A stretch of 64,000 bases of DNA from an uncultured Acidobacteriota bacterium (GTDB lineage: Bacteria; Acidobacteriota; UBA6911), in NCBI GenBank assembly GCA_963809485.1, contig CAWEJX010000007.1, positions 128,001-192,000 of the forward strand, read 5' to 3'. Positions 1 to 10,584 of this stretch are shown piece by piece; positions within the stretch are counted from its first letter, which is position 1; every line of letters begins with the position of its first letter. Under the pieces are notes generated by a model. It had not been told where the DNA came from and ran no database searches. It saw only the letters and a program-made list of their open reading frames with translations. A program made the translations under genes and the position numbers.

Positions 1-63
1 GCTCCAATTGCGACTGAAAGTCGCCTGAAGCTTGCCCGCTTGCATCCATCGCCATTCTAACTG

Positions 64-2979
64 TCAATGTATGAATCGCGCGAGCAGCCCGGTTTTCGGC
101 TCGAAGCCTTTCAGCATCCAGAGATTGGATTTTTGCTTTAAGACGGCGTAGACGAAGCTTCTCCCATCCGGAGCAAGGCTGAACCGGATGCCCGGAGTGA
201 GATAAGTGGAGGGGGAGAAATCTTTTCCCAGGTCACCCAGCACCTTTTCCACGCCTATGGCAATATCCACGGAGAACAAAATGCTGCGCTTGCCGTCGCT
301 CCGTATGCCGTAAACGATTTTTCCATCAGCAGAAAACATATAATAGGCGCTGCCCTTGCTGCCCAGGGGCCGCGTTCTTTTGCCGTCCGGAGATATCAAT
401 TCCTCGCCGAAGGCGATCCAGTCCCCGGCCGGAGACCAGGAGGGTATCTGGCCACATGGGTTTTCCCTGAGCATACTCGGCGCCGCCTGGCCGGTGGTTT
501 TTACTTTCATCAGGTTTACCTTCCCGTTTTTGGCGCCCCTATAACAGAACCACATACCATCCGGTGACCAGGAGCCGGGCTGCTCGTGAGCATGGAGATC
601 ATTTGTAAGAGTCGTTGGAGGACCTCCGGATATGGCGGAAATCCAGAGCCGGGAGGCTCCCTTTCCATCTATCCGGGTGTAGACGACACGATCCGCATTT
701 GGCGAAAGCGCCGGGCCCCAGAACCATTGGGTGGTTTCTTCGGAAGGAAAGCTCCGTGCCGTAACCAGCGGGCGGTCAATATCACCTTTGCGCAGCCAGA
801 TCTCAGGTGGCCCATTTCGGTCCGTGACATAGACGAGCGCCGGCTGCTTTGCAGCCCATGCGGGCATATATTCATTGCGCTCCGTGGCGATAAGCTCCCG
901 CGGAGGGGAACCATCCAGACCGGCCAAGACAACATCGAAGTTATAGCTCTGCTCCGTGAAGACTATCTGTTGCCCGTCCGGTGAAACAGCGGGAGAGATG
1001 CGGTTGCTGGTTCCGCTGGTCAGAGCCTGGCGGCGGCCGGACCCGACATCAGCCAACCAAAGTTGCGCAAAGCCATCGGGTGTGGCCTGGGTGGAAAGCA
1101 CAATACGGCGGCTATCGGGCATCCAGGAGAAGGATGGTGTCCCTCCGTATCTTGGCAGGTCTCGAAAAACGAGGTGTGGAGGATTTTGGGTATCAGGCGG
1201 GTAAGGAATCAGCCAGCCTTCTTCTCCCCTCCCGCCCTCTTCCGGTTTGAAGAAAAGCAGTATGTTTTTTCCATCGGGGGAAAAGTGCAAACAAGGCAGG
1301 TTGACGAACAAAGCTGAGGCCAAGGGGTCGGGGGAGTATTTTTTCAGTTTCCAGTCCGGGGGAGTGCCGATCCATATGCCATAGCGCCCGTCCTCGCCCT
1401 TGCGCATCGCTGCAAGAGCTTTTCCATCGGGCGAGAGCTCAATAGCGGTTGTGATTTCGCCCAGGAAACTGAAACTTAAAAATGGCTCGGGCTCGCCGCC
1501 AACGGCTGCCACGGACCATATGCCGGCCGGATTTCGATCGCTCCCAAAGTGGATCCGGCGGCTGTCAGGGGACCACCTGCTAGCGAAGTATGCACCTTCG
1601 GGAATTTGGGTAATCTGCACCGGCACAGAGGAATCAAGATAGCGAATGAAGATCTGGCTGGCGTTTTCAGTGCAGCACCCCTCATAGGCAAAAGCCTTGC
1701 CGTCGGGCGACCAGCTTCCTCCTGATTGCCCCCTTGGATCAAAGGCAAGCGGCGTGAAACGGTAGGCCGACTGGTCCGGCATCGGCGGCGGCGCAAAGTA
1801 CAACCATGCTCCCAACGCCAATCCCAATCCCACAAGGAACGCTATCGCGGGAACCAGCCATTTCACTCGCCGCGGCTTGGTTGCGGCGCCCTGCAGCGCC
1901 GATGCTTCGGAAAAATGGTCGCGCAGGTTGCGCAGCTCTTGATACAGATCCCGGGAAGAGTCATAGCGGTCCGCCGGATTCTTGGCAAGGCACCGGTCGA
2001 TGGTCCATCTCAGCGGACCCGGCATGGAATGCTCGATCGGCGGCGGCTCCTCAGTCAGGATGGCCGAAATCGTTTGCACCGCTTCGGGCTTGTCGAACGC
2101 TTTCTTCCCCGATGCCATTTCATACAGAATCAGGCCAAAAGAAAACTGGTCGGAGCGGTGATCAACCGGTTTGCCGCTTGCCTGCTCGGGGCTCATGTAA
2201 TGCACCGTCCCCAGGATCATTCCGGGCTTGGTCTGGCTGTCGGCCAAGCTTTCAGTGCCTGCTGCTGCGGATGCATTGCTTTGCCGGGCGAGGCCGAAGT
2301 CCAGAATTTTCACGCGCCCGTCCGGAGAGAGCATTATGTTGGCAGGTTTGAGATCGCGATGAGTGATTCCTTCCGCATGAGCCGCCGCCATACCATCAGC
2401 AATCTGTACCGCGATGTCGAGCAGTTTTCGCGCTGCCACAGGCCCGCGCAAAATCAGGTCCCTGAGCGTCTCGCCTTCCACCAGTTCGAGGACGAGGAAT
2501 TGTGTTCCATCCGATTCTTCCAACCCATGTATGGCCGCAATATTGGGATGATTGAGTGACGCCAGAAGTTTGGCTTCGCGCTGGAACCGTGCAATACGGT
2601 CCGAATCGCTCGCGAACTCCCGGGGTATAACTTTGATCCCCACGATGCGGCCGAGGCTGAGATCCTTCGCCTGATACACCTCGCCCATGCCGCCGCGGCC
2701 CACTCTTTTCACAATCCGATAATGCAGGAATGTTTGACCGGCAAAATCCGGAGGCTGTTCCGCTCGATCTTCAGCAATCTCTCTTGCGGCAATCTCCACG
2801 GCCGGAGCCTCTATGAAGTCCTCCGCCTCAGACCGGCTGGAAAGAAGCGAGCCAACCTCTCCTCGCAGGATTTCATCTCCCTCACAGGCCTTCTTCAGAA
2901 AAGCCTCCCGCTCCCTGGGATCCTGCTGCCGGGCCAAATGGTAGAGCCGCTCGATCTCCTGCCATCTTTCAGAAGTCAT
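64..2979 (-). CDS. Ser/Thr protein kinase with TM helix and C-terminal TolB/PD40-like beta-propeller
   Basis: GRGGMGEVY, HRDLKPAN, DFG and YMSPEQ kinase motifs; repeated WSPDG motifs. The likely start MTSERWQ (2979) overlaps the ECF stop as ATGA; the ORF-track start at 3048 is probably too long. Confidence 0.93.
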   Translation of the reverse strand: MTSERWQEIERLYHLARQQDPREREAFLKKACEGDEILRGEVGSLLSSRSEAEDFIEAPAVEIAAREIAEDRAEQPPDFAGQTFLHYRIVKRVGRGGMGEVYQAKDLSLGRIVGIKVIPREFASDSDRIARFQREAKLLASLNHPNIAAIHGLEESDGTQFLVLELVEGETLRDLILRGPVAARKLLDIAVQIADGMAAAHAEGITHRDLKPANIMLSPDGRVKILDFGLARQSNASAAAGTESLADSQTKPGMILGTVHYMSPEQASGKPVDHRSDQFSFGLILYEMASGKKAFDKPEAVQTISAILTEEPPPIEHSMPGPLRWTIDRCLAKNPADRYDSSRDLYQELRNLRDHFSEASALQGAATKPRRVKWLVPAIAFLVGLGLALGAWLYFAPPPMPDQSAYRFTPLAFDPRGQSGGSWSPDGKAFAYEGCCTENASQIFIRYLDSSVPVQITQIPEGAYFASRWSPDSRRIHFGSDRNPAGIWSVAAVGGEPEPFLSFSFLGEITTAIELSPDGKALAAMRKGEDGRYGIWIGTPPDWKLKKYSPDPLASALFVNLPCLHFSPDGKNILLFFKPEEGGRGEEGWLIPYPPDTQNPPHLVFRDLPRYGGTPSFSWMPDSRRIVLSTQATPDGFAQLWLADVGSGRRQALTSGTSNRISPAVSPDGQQIVFTEQSYNFDVVLAGLDGSPPRELIATERNEYMPAWAAKQPALVYVTDRNGPPEIWLRKGDIDRPLVTARSFPSEETTQWFWGPALSPNADRVVYTRIDGKGASRLWISAISGGPPTTLTNDLHAHEQPGSWSPDGMWFCYRGAKNGKVNLMKVKTTGQAAPSMLRENPCGQIPSWSPAGDWIAFGEELISPDGKRTRPLGSKGSAYYMFSADGKIVYGIRSDGKRSILFSVDIAIGVEKVLGDLGKDFSPSTYLTPGIRFSLAPDGRSFVYAVLKQKSNLWMLKGFEPKTGLLARFIH

Positions 2980-3563
2980 TGCGATTTCCTCGCCGCATGC
3001 TTCATTTCCCGGTAAAGCCATCCCTTGGCCAGATCCCAGTCGCGCCACACGGTGTCGGCGGAGATCTTCAGCACTTCCGCGGCTTCCTCCAGACTTAACC
3101 CCCCGAAGAATCGAAGTTCGACCACTTGCGCCTTCCTGGGATCAACTTCCGCAAGCGCCGTCAGCGCATCGTCCAGTTCAACCAGGTTTGCATCCGGACG
3201 CAACGCGAACAGTGAGGCTTGATCCAGCGGCAGTTGGCGGAAATTGCCGCCTCGTTTCTGAGAATTTTTGGAGCGCGCATAGTGAACCAGAACCTGGCGC
3301 ATCAACTTGGCGGAGATTGCAAAGAAATGCGCGCGGTCCTGCCAATTCACTTTGGGCGCATCGAGCAGCTGCAGGTAGACCTCATTGATCAGTGCCGTGG
3401 TTTGGAGAGTGTGCCCGGCATGCTCATGCATCATGTATCGATGGGCGCGGCGGTGCAACTCATCGTGGACCAGGGGAACGAGCTTGTCCAGGGCCGCCGC
3501 TTCACCCCGGCACCACAACTGGAGCAGCTGAGTAACCTCCTGCGGAGAACATGGTTTTTCCAT
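2976..3563 (-). CDS. ECF RNA polymerase sigma factor (kinase-associated, Planctomycete/Acidobacteria type)
   Basis: VTQLL..W..G...ALDKLVPLV, HTLQTTALINEVYL, VVELRFFGGLS; translationally coupled to the kinase. Confidence 0.93.
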   Translation of the reverse strand: MEKPCSPQEVTQLLQLWCRGEAAALDKLVPLVHDELHRRAHRYMMHEHAGHTLQTTALINEVYLQLLDAPKVNWQDRAHFFAISAKLMRQVLVHYARSKNSQKRGGNFRQLPLDQASLFALRPDANLVELDDALTALAEVDPRKAQVVELRFFGGLSLEEAAEVLKISADTVWRDWDLAKGWLYREMKHAARKSQ

Positions 3564-3839
3564 GCCACCCCCTCAGAGAAAAGCCGCTATCTTTAGAATT
3601 GGTCCTAATTATACATCAAATCGCTGTGATCAGGTTTTCGGTAATCGTCTGCCGGCCGCAGAAAAGACCTCCTTTCGTTCAGAAAATTGAGTCCCGTTTG
3701 CCCATTAAGCGATTAGGGCGGCATGAGGAAGCCCCGAAGAGGAATCGCCTCAATAGCAGGCGGCGCCCGGATATCACCCGCCCCTGTTGCGATCCCGCTG
3801 GTTTGGGTTCCTGGAAATCCGAAGAAAGGGGGGTGCCCT

Positions 3840-5201
3840 TTGCGATTTCATGGATGGCTGTATTCCGCCGGCCTGTTGTTTTTGAGTTGTGCAAATCAGG
3901 TAGTCGCAGATCCCGGATTGCCTGTCTCCAACAGCTTTCTTGGAAAACAGCAGAACACTCAGGAATCCTCGACTGCCATCGCGACTTTACGAAAGGCTGC
4001 CGAACAGGGTGATGCCAGATCACGGTTTGAACTGGCATCAGATTATTTCCACGGACGCGGCGTTCGACAAGACTACGCTGAAGCATTGAAGTGGTTTCGA
4101 AAAGTCGCAGATCAAGGCTATGCCGAGGCGCAGTACAGTTTGGCGGTGATGTATGCCGAGGGCAGGGGCGTTTCCCAAGACTACTCTAAGGCTGTGAAAT
4201 GGTATCGAAAAGCTGCCAATCAAGGTTATGCCGAGGCGGAATACAATTTGGCGATGGTGTATGTTGAAGGCAAGGGCGTTACAAGGGACTACGCTGCGGC
4301 GGTGAAATGGTATCGCAAGGCCGCATATCATGGCCTTGCCAGGGCGCAATACAATCTGGCGGTGATGTATATCCAAGGCAGAGGTGTAGCACAGGATTAT
4401 GCTGAGGCAGCGAGATGGTATCGCAAAGCTGCCGATCAAGGCATTGCTGAGGCGCAACACAATCTGGGATTGACGTATCGTGAAGGCAGGGGTGTCACAC
4501 GAGACTACGCCGAGGCAGCGAGATGGTATCGAAAGGCCGCCAATCATGGCGTTGCGGAGGCTCAGCACAGCTTGGGAGTAATGTATGGTGAAGGCATGGG
4601 TCTAACGCAGGACTACGCTGGGGCGGTGCAATGGTATCGCAAGGCCGCCAATCATGGCCTTGCCAGGGCGCAATTCAATCTGGCGAAGATGTATGTTCAA
4701 GGCAGAGGTGTCCCACAGGACTACGCTGAGGCCGTGCAATGGTATCGCAAGGCTGCCGATCAAGGTGATACTGAGGCGCAGAACAATTTGGCGGTAATGT
4801 ATGCCCAAGGCAGGGGTGTTGCGCAGGACTATGCTGAAGCCGCGAAATGGTATCGCAAGGCTGCGGAGCAGGGTGATGCGGTGGCGCAGCACAACCTGGG
4901 ATTTGCGTATCGTGAAGGCAGGGGTGTAACCCAGGACTGCGCGGAGGCCATGAAATGGTATCGCAAGGCTGCAGATCAAGGCGTCAGTGAAGCGCAGCAC
5001 AGCCTGGGAGCGATGTACTTCAATGGCACGGGTGTCCCGCAGGATTATGTTCAGGCCCACATGTGGCTCAATTTGTCCACGGCCCAGGGATCAAAAGGTG
5101 AAGCATTATTGCTCAGCACGATCACCCCAAAAATGACGCCCAGACAAATAGCGGAAGCCCAGCAGCTGGCACGGGAATGGAAGCCCAAAGCGGCGAAGTG
5201 A
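3840..5201 (+). CDS. Sel1-repeat protein, possibly exported or a lipoprotein
   Basis: Ten 36-aa Sel1 repeats (AQxNLAVMYxxGRGVxQDYAEAxxWYRKAAxQG). A TTG start at 3840 gives a signal peptide with LLFLSC; the ORF track starts at 3723. Confidence 0.88.
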   Translation: MRFHGWLYSAGLLFLSCANQVVADPGLPVSNSFLGKQQNTQESSTAIATLRKAAEQGDARSRFELASDYFHGRGVRQDYAEALKWFRKVADQGYAEAQYSLAVMYAEGRGVSQDYSKAVKWYRKAANQGYAEAEYNLAMVYVEGKGVTRDYAAAVKWYRKAAYHGLARAQYNLAVMYIQGRGVAQDYAEAARWYRKAADQGIAEAQHNLGLTYREGRGVTRDYAEAARWYRKAANHGVAEAQHSLGVMYGEGMGLTQDYAGAVQWYRKAANHGLARAQFNLAKMYVQGRGVPQDYAEAVQWYRKAADQGDTEAQNNLAVMYAQGRGVAQDYAEAAKWYRKAAEQGDAVAQHNLGFAYREGRGVTQDCAEAMKWYRKAADQGVSEAQHSLGAMYFNGTGVPQDYVQAHMWLNLSTAQGSKGEALLLSTITPKMTPRQIAEAQQLAREWKPKAAK

Positions 5202-5352
5202 TACGCTCGCACCCGGTTCCGGGCATGCGCCGGACCACGAGGGCCGCGCACGACACAATGAACAATGCGAACAAAATGCAAGTTGAGGTTTCAGGGCAGG
5301 GAAAAGGGGTTGCCGCAAAGCCGCCGGTCAAAAGCAATAGAGAAAGGGATCA

Positions 5353-5522
5353 CTAATTTTTTGCTATTTCTTTTTCAGCCCATGTGATAGCCGATTTCAG
5401 CAATTCGGGGATGGGCAGTTCGTACGGGCACCTGGGTTCACACTCTCCGCATTGGGTACATTCCCTCGCTTTTTCAATGAGACTGGCTGCCATCCCGTCC
5501 GCCCCAATCGCAGTTCCTCCAT
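5353..5522 (-). pseudogene. Internally deleted aldo/keto reductase with 4Fe-4S tail
   Basis: The N-terminal MEELRLGRTG is joined out of frame to the C-terminal AREC TQCGECEPRCPYELPIPELLK; the body of the gene is missing. Confidence 0.7.
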
Positions 5523-5537
5523 GCTGTTCTCCGGTCC

Positions 5538-6515
5538 TTAGGTCTCCTCGGTGTCGTCAAGTATTTTCGTGACGCCGTCTTGCACCTTAATCCTGGGATG
5601 CTGTTTTCTTCTGTTGAGAGGCTCTTTCGTGCCTTCCGCTCCGGATGGGAACAGAATCCTGAATCGCCTTAGTTCTTTGTATTTCATCATCGACTCGGCA
5701 AGCTTGGCGAAATATATCCTGGTCGATTTCTCCCGGATATCCATAGGTTCCCAGTTAACCTCAATGGCGCCCGCAGGACATACTTCCTCACAAAACCATA
5801 TATGGCACGGGCCGCAGGCTTTATGAGAGATGATAATTTTGTCATCCATGGTTATCGCATGATTGGGGCAATGATCCACGCATTCTACACATGAAGTACA
5901 TTTTCTCAGATCAACGACAGGTTTTAGTTTTTCCCAGTCTGACAGGGGAATACTCAGGTCTTTGGGGAGTTCCTCCGGACGCGGCTTGGTTCCGTACAAC
6001 TTGTCATACTTGTCTTTTCGTGGCAACCGGGGGATAAGCCCTCGCTCGCCTTTGGAAATTTTTATTGTTCTTCCCAGTATTTCCTTCCCGAATTCCTTCG
6101 CCTCCTCGATGTCGATGCTGTCAGGATGCCCATCGGTGTAGTATGGCCGGGCGATATACGGCATAAAAGCGCTGCCAAACCAATCATTCCAGCCTGTTAC
6201 CTTCAATCCCTTTTTTTTCAGCGCGGTTACCATTTCAGCGATAAAGCCGCAGGGGCACGTCCCGTGGGTACAGAACGTAAACGCGTACCTTCCTTTCAAC
6301 CGGGGCAGGTCTTTCATGAATTCAGTGACGATGGGGGGCTCCCGGTAGCCAATGGCAGGCGCGCCGATACCGATTAGTTCATAGTCGAGAAGGTCCTGGC
6401 CTTTTACCTTTTCCATGGAGACCAGATCACAGTCCCGCCCAATCCCTTGCTTAATCGCGGCCGCAATTCTCTTGGTGTTTCCTGTCATTGAATAATAAAT
6501 CACAATGCTTCTCAT
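5538..6515 (-). CDS. Flavodoxin-domain plus 4Fe-4S ferredoxin protein
   Basis: IVIYYSMTGNTKRIA flavodoxin loop; CTSCVECVDHCP and CGPC..FCEEVCP motifs; start taken at MRSIVIYY. Confidence 0.85.
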   Translation of the reverse strand: MRSIVIYYSMTGNTKRIAAAIKQGIGRDCDLVSMEKVKGQDLLDYELIGIGAPAIGYREPPIVTEFMKDLPRLKGRYAFTFCTHGTCPCGFIAEMVTALKKKGLKVTGWNDWFGSAFMPYIARPYYTDGHPDSIDIEEAKEFGKEILGRTIKISKGERGLIPRLPRKDKYDKLYGTKPRPEELPKDLSIPLSDWEKLKPVVDLRKCTSCVECVDHCPNHAITMDDKIIISHKACGPCHIWFCEEVCPAGAIEVNWEPMDIREKSTRIYFAKLAESMMKYKELRRFRILFPSGAEGTKEPLNRRKQHPRIKVQDGVTKILDDTEET

Positions 6516-6689
6516 GATACGTTTCTCCAAAATTGATGGAAACCCGGTGGCCGAAGTGGATTGAAGTCTATGAGTGACCGGGATGGGAGTCAAGGCTCGA
6601 CCTCTGCTTCCCGGGAAATGCCCGAAATCACCCGCTCCGTCAGCGGAATCCCGGCAGCATCAAGCCGCAATTGGTTGCCTTCCTCCCAT

Positions 6690-7307
6690 TCAGTACTTGC
6701 CATACTCTTTTGCAGCCTCCATCATGGCGCGCAGGTTCTCCGGATTGACCTGGCTGACCCAGGCGCCGCCCGCGAGAATAAAGCCGCCCCCTGGGGCGCA
6801 AGCTTCGATGACCTTTCGGCAATATTCCTTCACTTCCCTGGGGCCTCCGGTGACCATCAACGAGGAGGGAATATTTCCGGAGATGCAGCATGTCCTCCCT
6901 AGAATCGTCTTGGCTTTGGCCATGTCGGTTTTGTCGAACAGCCAGCCGACGACGCCTTTCGGGAATTCGTTGACAGATTCCAGCCGTGAATCGTAGGTCC
7001 CTTCGGCGAACAGTTCCGACCGGATCCCTTCTTTATCAAGCGCATCCACGACCTTCTTGAGGGACGGCCAGTAGAACTTTTCAAACTGCTTCGGCGACAT
7101 GAAACCATCGGCGCCTTTGTGCAGAGGAAAGCCTGCCGAGTGCGCCCGAGTCGCATTTGCGGCGGCAATGGTCTGACGGATTGTAAAACCAGTGACAGCG
7201 TCGATCGCCTCCAGCAACTGCTCGGGGCGCCGGAACATGTCCATAATGATGCCCTTGGTGCCTCTTTGCTTTTTCCCTGAGTTTTGCATCTTAAGCATCA
7301 AATGCAT
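6690..7307 (-). pseudogene. Uroporphyrinogen decarboxylase/methyltransferase-family protein, 5'-truncated
   Basis: RGTKGIIMDMFRRPE, FMSPKQFEKFYWP, CISGNIP, GGGFILAGG and PENLRAM motifs; recognisable similarity begins only near 7265. Confidence 0.75.
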
Positions 7308-7460
7308 TAAGCGGATCGAGCTTCGGATTTGGCCTTGCGCTCGGAGCTTTATGGAAGAACTTGGTTATCTCTTTTACGTCGAAAGCCGGCCAAACATCAA
7401 AAACAATCGGCCCTCATGGGAATTCATGCCGATCGGCAGCCTGCTGCAACCTTTGAGTTA

Positions 7461-7532
7461 CCCGTTCCCCTTTGAGTTCCTGTCGCCAAAACCGGAAACG
7501 GGAAACGTGAAACGCGTGATCGGCAAAGGCGC
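7461..7532 (+). repeat. REP-like intergenic repeat with GAAACGN heptamers, copy 1
   Basis: Aligns by eye, with several mismatches, to the reverse complement of 10328-10400. Confidence 0.7.
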
Positions 7533-7556
7533 AAGCAAGCTTGCACACTGCAAGGA

Positions 7557-10286
7557 TCAGATGACGCCCGATTTCTTAAGCTTACTCAGTCTGGAAGGTC
7601 CAAGGCCCAGATACTTGAGATAGATGTATTCATTGTCATAGCCCACCGGGCGGCACACCCATTTTGTCCGGATGGGCGTCTCGGTCATTTTATGTTGTGC
7701 CTGAGCTACAACAACCTCGCCATAAAGAGGATCTTTAACAGGAGCAAATATTCCCCGGTCCAGCCAGTTGCTGTCTTTCATGGCTTCTTCAGGGGAACAG
7801 ACCGGCGCGAGCACCGGCGTGATAGGAGCCAGGCGGCCTTTCCTGGCGTATTCCACAGACATGTCCACCAGTTCCTGCTTGGTGTATTTGGATGTCTCCG
7901 CAAAAATCAAAGGCGCCCATTTCAATTGCTCATCCTTTTGTATAAAGGCTGTCGGAGTCGTCCAGCTCGCGGCTCCCCACTCATCCCATTTTCCCATCAT
8001 GTCGGCAAATGCCTGCCACATTTCCAACCTTAATCCGCCCAGAAAAATGGTCCCATCCCTGGTGGGCGCGAAACAGTAGACCCAGCTCGTAATATCCAGC
8101 TGTCCAAAGCGCTCGGCAATCGCTCCGTGTTCCTGATACCACAACGCAGCCCAGCCGTCAAAACAGGCGTAAGCTTCAGCCGTCGCGACATCGAGCGCCT
8201 GTCCCTCTCCGGTCATTCGCCTCCAACGCAGGGCGGCCAGAATGCCGACTGCCATAAAAGTTCCCGGTGAAGCCCAGCCGATCCAGGGGCCGGCCTTTGT
8301 GGGAACTGCCCAGGGGCATTCACTATAAGTCATACCATCGGGCATGATTTCTCCTGTAGCCGACTGTATTCCCGATCTGGCCTGAGCGACATTGTCATAA
8401 TCCGGCATCCCTCTCCGGCTCATCGGCCCGAACTGTCCATAGGCTGTGAGCGAAGCGAATATCAGCCTGGGATTGATCTCTTTTAGTTGTTCATAACCAA
8501 TCCCCCACTCATCCATGGTTCCCGGCGGATAGGTTTCTATCAGCACATCCGTCTGGCTGACCAAACCTTTAAGGATCTCCCTGGCTTCGGGCTCCTTGAG
8601 ATTCAGCGTGATGTGAAACTTGTTTCTGCCCTCCGTCAAATAGTTAAGACCTTCGCCTTTGTGGAGCATACCGTAGGGAGTGCAGGTCCTGATGAAATCG
8701 CCTTCGGGGGGTTCTATTCTCAAAACCGAGGCGCCAAATTCCGCCAGCATGGAAGAGCAGTAGCATCCTGCAAAACTCTTATAACTTAAATCCAACACGG
8801 TGATATCGTTCACGGCCTCAGGTTTTGTTTTTGCAATCCGGGGATCATCTCTCTCTCTCATCCATTCCGCGACAGCCGACTGCCTGCTTCCTGCCGAACC
8901 CGCCTTTTTTTCCTGGCGCGATCCCGCCGGGCCGGCCGCCAACTGCCATGGCGGATCTTTCGTCATGATGAGGCCCGACTTGCCATCCCAATTCTGCGGG
9001 GGCCGGCGTTTCTGGATGTCCGCCCATTTGCCCAAAGCGCCGCACTGATACAACTGCCTGATCTCGTCTCCGCTCTTCCCCAGATGATTCATCATGATGA
9101 ATTCATTATCGAAACCTACCGGCCTTGCCGACCACCGCACCCTCGGCGGCGTCTTTGACATCATCACGGGAAATTCATGGACGAAGTAGCGTCCCAGAAC
9201 AGGATCATCCACCTCGGTCATGTATCCGCGCTCGCGGAAGTGCCGGTCTTCGACGACATCCTTGTTCGTGTAGAGGCGGGATGCGGCAAAACCATGTGTC
9301 TCGGCCAATCGCTCAACTTCATCAGGGGTTTTGGTTATCGTCCAGTCAGCGATGATTCTGATCAATTCCGAGGCGTGATCTTCCTGCAGTCGGGTCAGGT
9401 GGTCTTTAAACCTGGCGTCTTCAGCCAATCCCGGTTTGCCCATCGCAATGCATAGTCCCCTGAACTCTTCCGGGGCCGGCGCTGCGATGACGACGAAGTC
9501 GCCGCCAGCGCAACAGAATGTATCGGCAGGACAGATGGATGCATCACGGTTGCCGCCGGGCATGGCGGACTTGCCGGTGATCTGCTGGTAAGGCCACACC
9601 CAGGACATTGCCCGCATAATCGCTTCGGTCTGCGACAGCTCAATAAACTGACCCTTGCCCGTCCGGTCCCGGTAATGAAGGGCCGCCATAACGGCCATTT
9701 CGCCCATCAGCGCGCCGTAACTGTCGCAAATAAAAAGGCGGCTCTTCAGCGGCGCCCGATTTGGAAAACTCGACATCCACGCATATCCGGAGAAGGCCTG
9801 GGCGGCGCCATCATTGGAAGGCCGGTTCTCCATCGCATACTGGCCCCACTGTCCAAAGCCATTTTTGGAGATGTAAATAATGCCCGGATTGATCTCCTGG
9901 ATCTGTTGATACCCGACATTCCAGCCGTCCATGACTCCCGGTCTCAGGTTATCTTCGATGATGTCGGCTCCGGACGCGAGTTCCCGGAACACCTTCTGCG
10001 CCTCAGGTTTGTGCAGATCAAGTCCCACCCAGTATTTATTGGGATTATCATGCACAAATCCGGGACCATTCTCCCTGAACAAATTCGCGAAGGGAGCCAT
10101 GTCACGATGCGTATCTCCCATAGGAGGGATTTCAAACTTGATGACTTCAGCACCCATCTCAGCCAGGAAAGCCGATCCCAAAGGACCCAGGATAAGAGTG
10201 CAAACCTCCAGCACCCTGATTCCCTTTAACGGCAAAGGCTTGGAGTGCTTCTTTTCTCTATAGTCCGTCCACGTTTTTTCTGCCAT
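7557..10286 (-). CDS. Fused two-domain class III (CaiB/BaiF) CoA transferase
   Basis: Two complete units: LKGIRVLE..AEMGAEVIKFE..GD..R, and VNDITVLDLS..AEFGASVLRIEPPEGD..R; each has a GFGQWG/AYGQFGP and a DxxAQAxSG motif. Confidence 0.92.
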   Translation of the reverse strand: MAEKTWTDYREKKHSKPLPLKGIRVLEVCTLILGPLGSAFLAEMGAEVIKFEIPPMGDTHRDMAPFANLFRENGPGFVHDNPNKYWVGLDLHKPEAQKVFRELASGADIIEDNLRPGVMDGWNVGYQQIQEINPGIIYISKNGFGQWGQYAMENRPSNDGAAQAFSGYAWMSSFPNRAPLKSRLFICDSYGALMGEMAVMAALHYRDRTGKGQFIELSQTEAIMRAMSWVWPYQQITGKSAMPGGNRDASICPADTFCCAGGDFVVIAAPAPEEFRGLCIAMGKPGLAEDARFKDHLTRLQEDHASELIRIIADWTITKTPDEVERLAETHGFAASRLYTNKDVVEDRHFRERGYMTEVDDPVLGRYFVHEFPVMMSKTPPRVRWSARPVGFDNEFIMMNHLGKSGDEIRQLYQCGALGKWADIQKRRPPQNWDGKSGLIMTKDPPWQLAAGPAGSRQEKKAGSAGSRQSAVAEWMRERDDPRIAKTKPEAVNDITVLDLSYKSFAGCYCSSMLAEFGASVLRIEPPEGDFIRTCTPYGMLHKGEGLNYLTEGRNKFHITLNLKEPEAREILKGLVSQTDVLIETYPPGTMDEWGIGYEQLKEINPRLIFASLTAYGQFGPMSRRGMPDYDNVAQARSGIQSATGEIMPDGMTYSECPWAVPTKAGPWIGWASPGTFMAVGILAALRWRRMTGEGQALDVATAEAYACFDGWAALWYQEHGAIAERFGQLDITSWVYCFAPTRDGTIFLGGLRLEMWQAFADMMGKWDEWGAASWTTPTAFIQKDEQLKWAPLIFAETSKYTKQELVDMSVEYARKGRLAPITPVLAPVCSPEEAMKDSNWLDRGIFAPVKDPLYGEVVVAQAQHKMTETPIRTKWVCRPVGYDNEYIYLKYLGLGPSRLSKLKKSGVI

Positions 10287-10327
10287 GGCGATGGTCAGCC
10301 CTCCATTGTCTGTTTTGCGTGCGAAGC

Positions 10328-10400
10328 GCGCCTTTGCCGTGCACGCGTTTCGCGTTTCCGGTTTCCCGTTTTCAAATACAGGATCTCAACGGGAAACGGG
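10328..10400 (-). repeat. REP-like intergenic repeat, copy 2, inverted relative to 7461-7532
   Basis: Followed by the REP-type hairpin AAAAGCGGCGGGAAGCTGCCGCACTC at about 10407-10432. Confidence 0.7.
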
Positions 10401-10584
10401 AAATCCAAAAGCGGCGGGAAGCTGCCGCACTCAAAACATCGCTCAAAAATCCTTTGCTGCACCTAAAATTCGCCGCATCGTCCGAGCTGCCGCTTCCCTT
10501 GCGCTTTGCCACAAGCCGGCACCGACACATCGGGCGCGGTCGTGTGCTCCCGGATGGCAGCGGCGGCAGGTCTGTGGATATCAG

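Noticed and set aside
4000-5100. Regular 108-bp periodic repeats resembling a CRISPR array
   Set aside because: They are in-frame Sel1 coding repeats with no unique spacers, and no cas genes are present.
10440-10580. GC-rich intergenic stretch as a possible riboswitch
   Set aside because: No conserved Moco/Wco, cobalamin, SAM or THF riboswitch motif could be recognised by eye; an Rfam scan would be needed.
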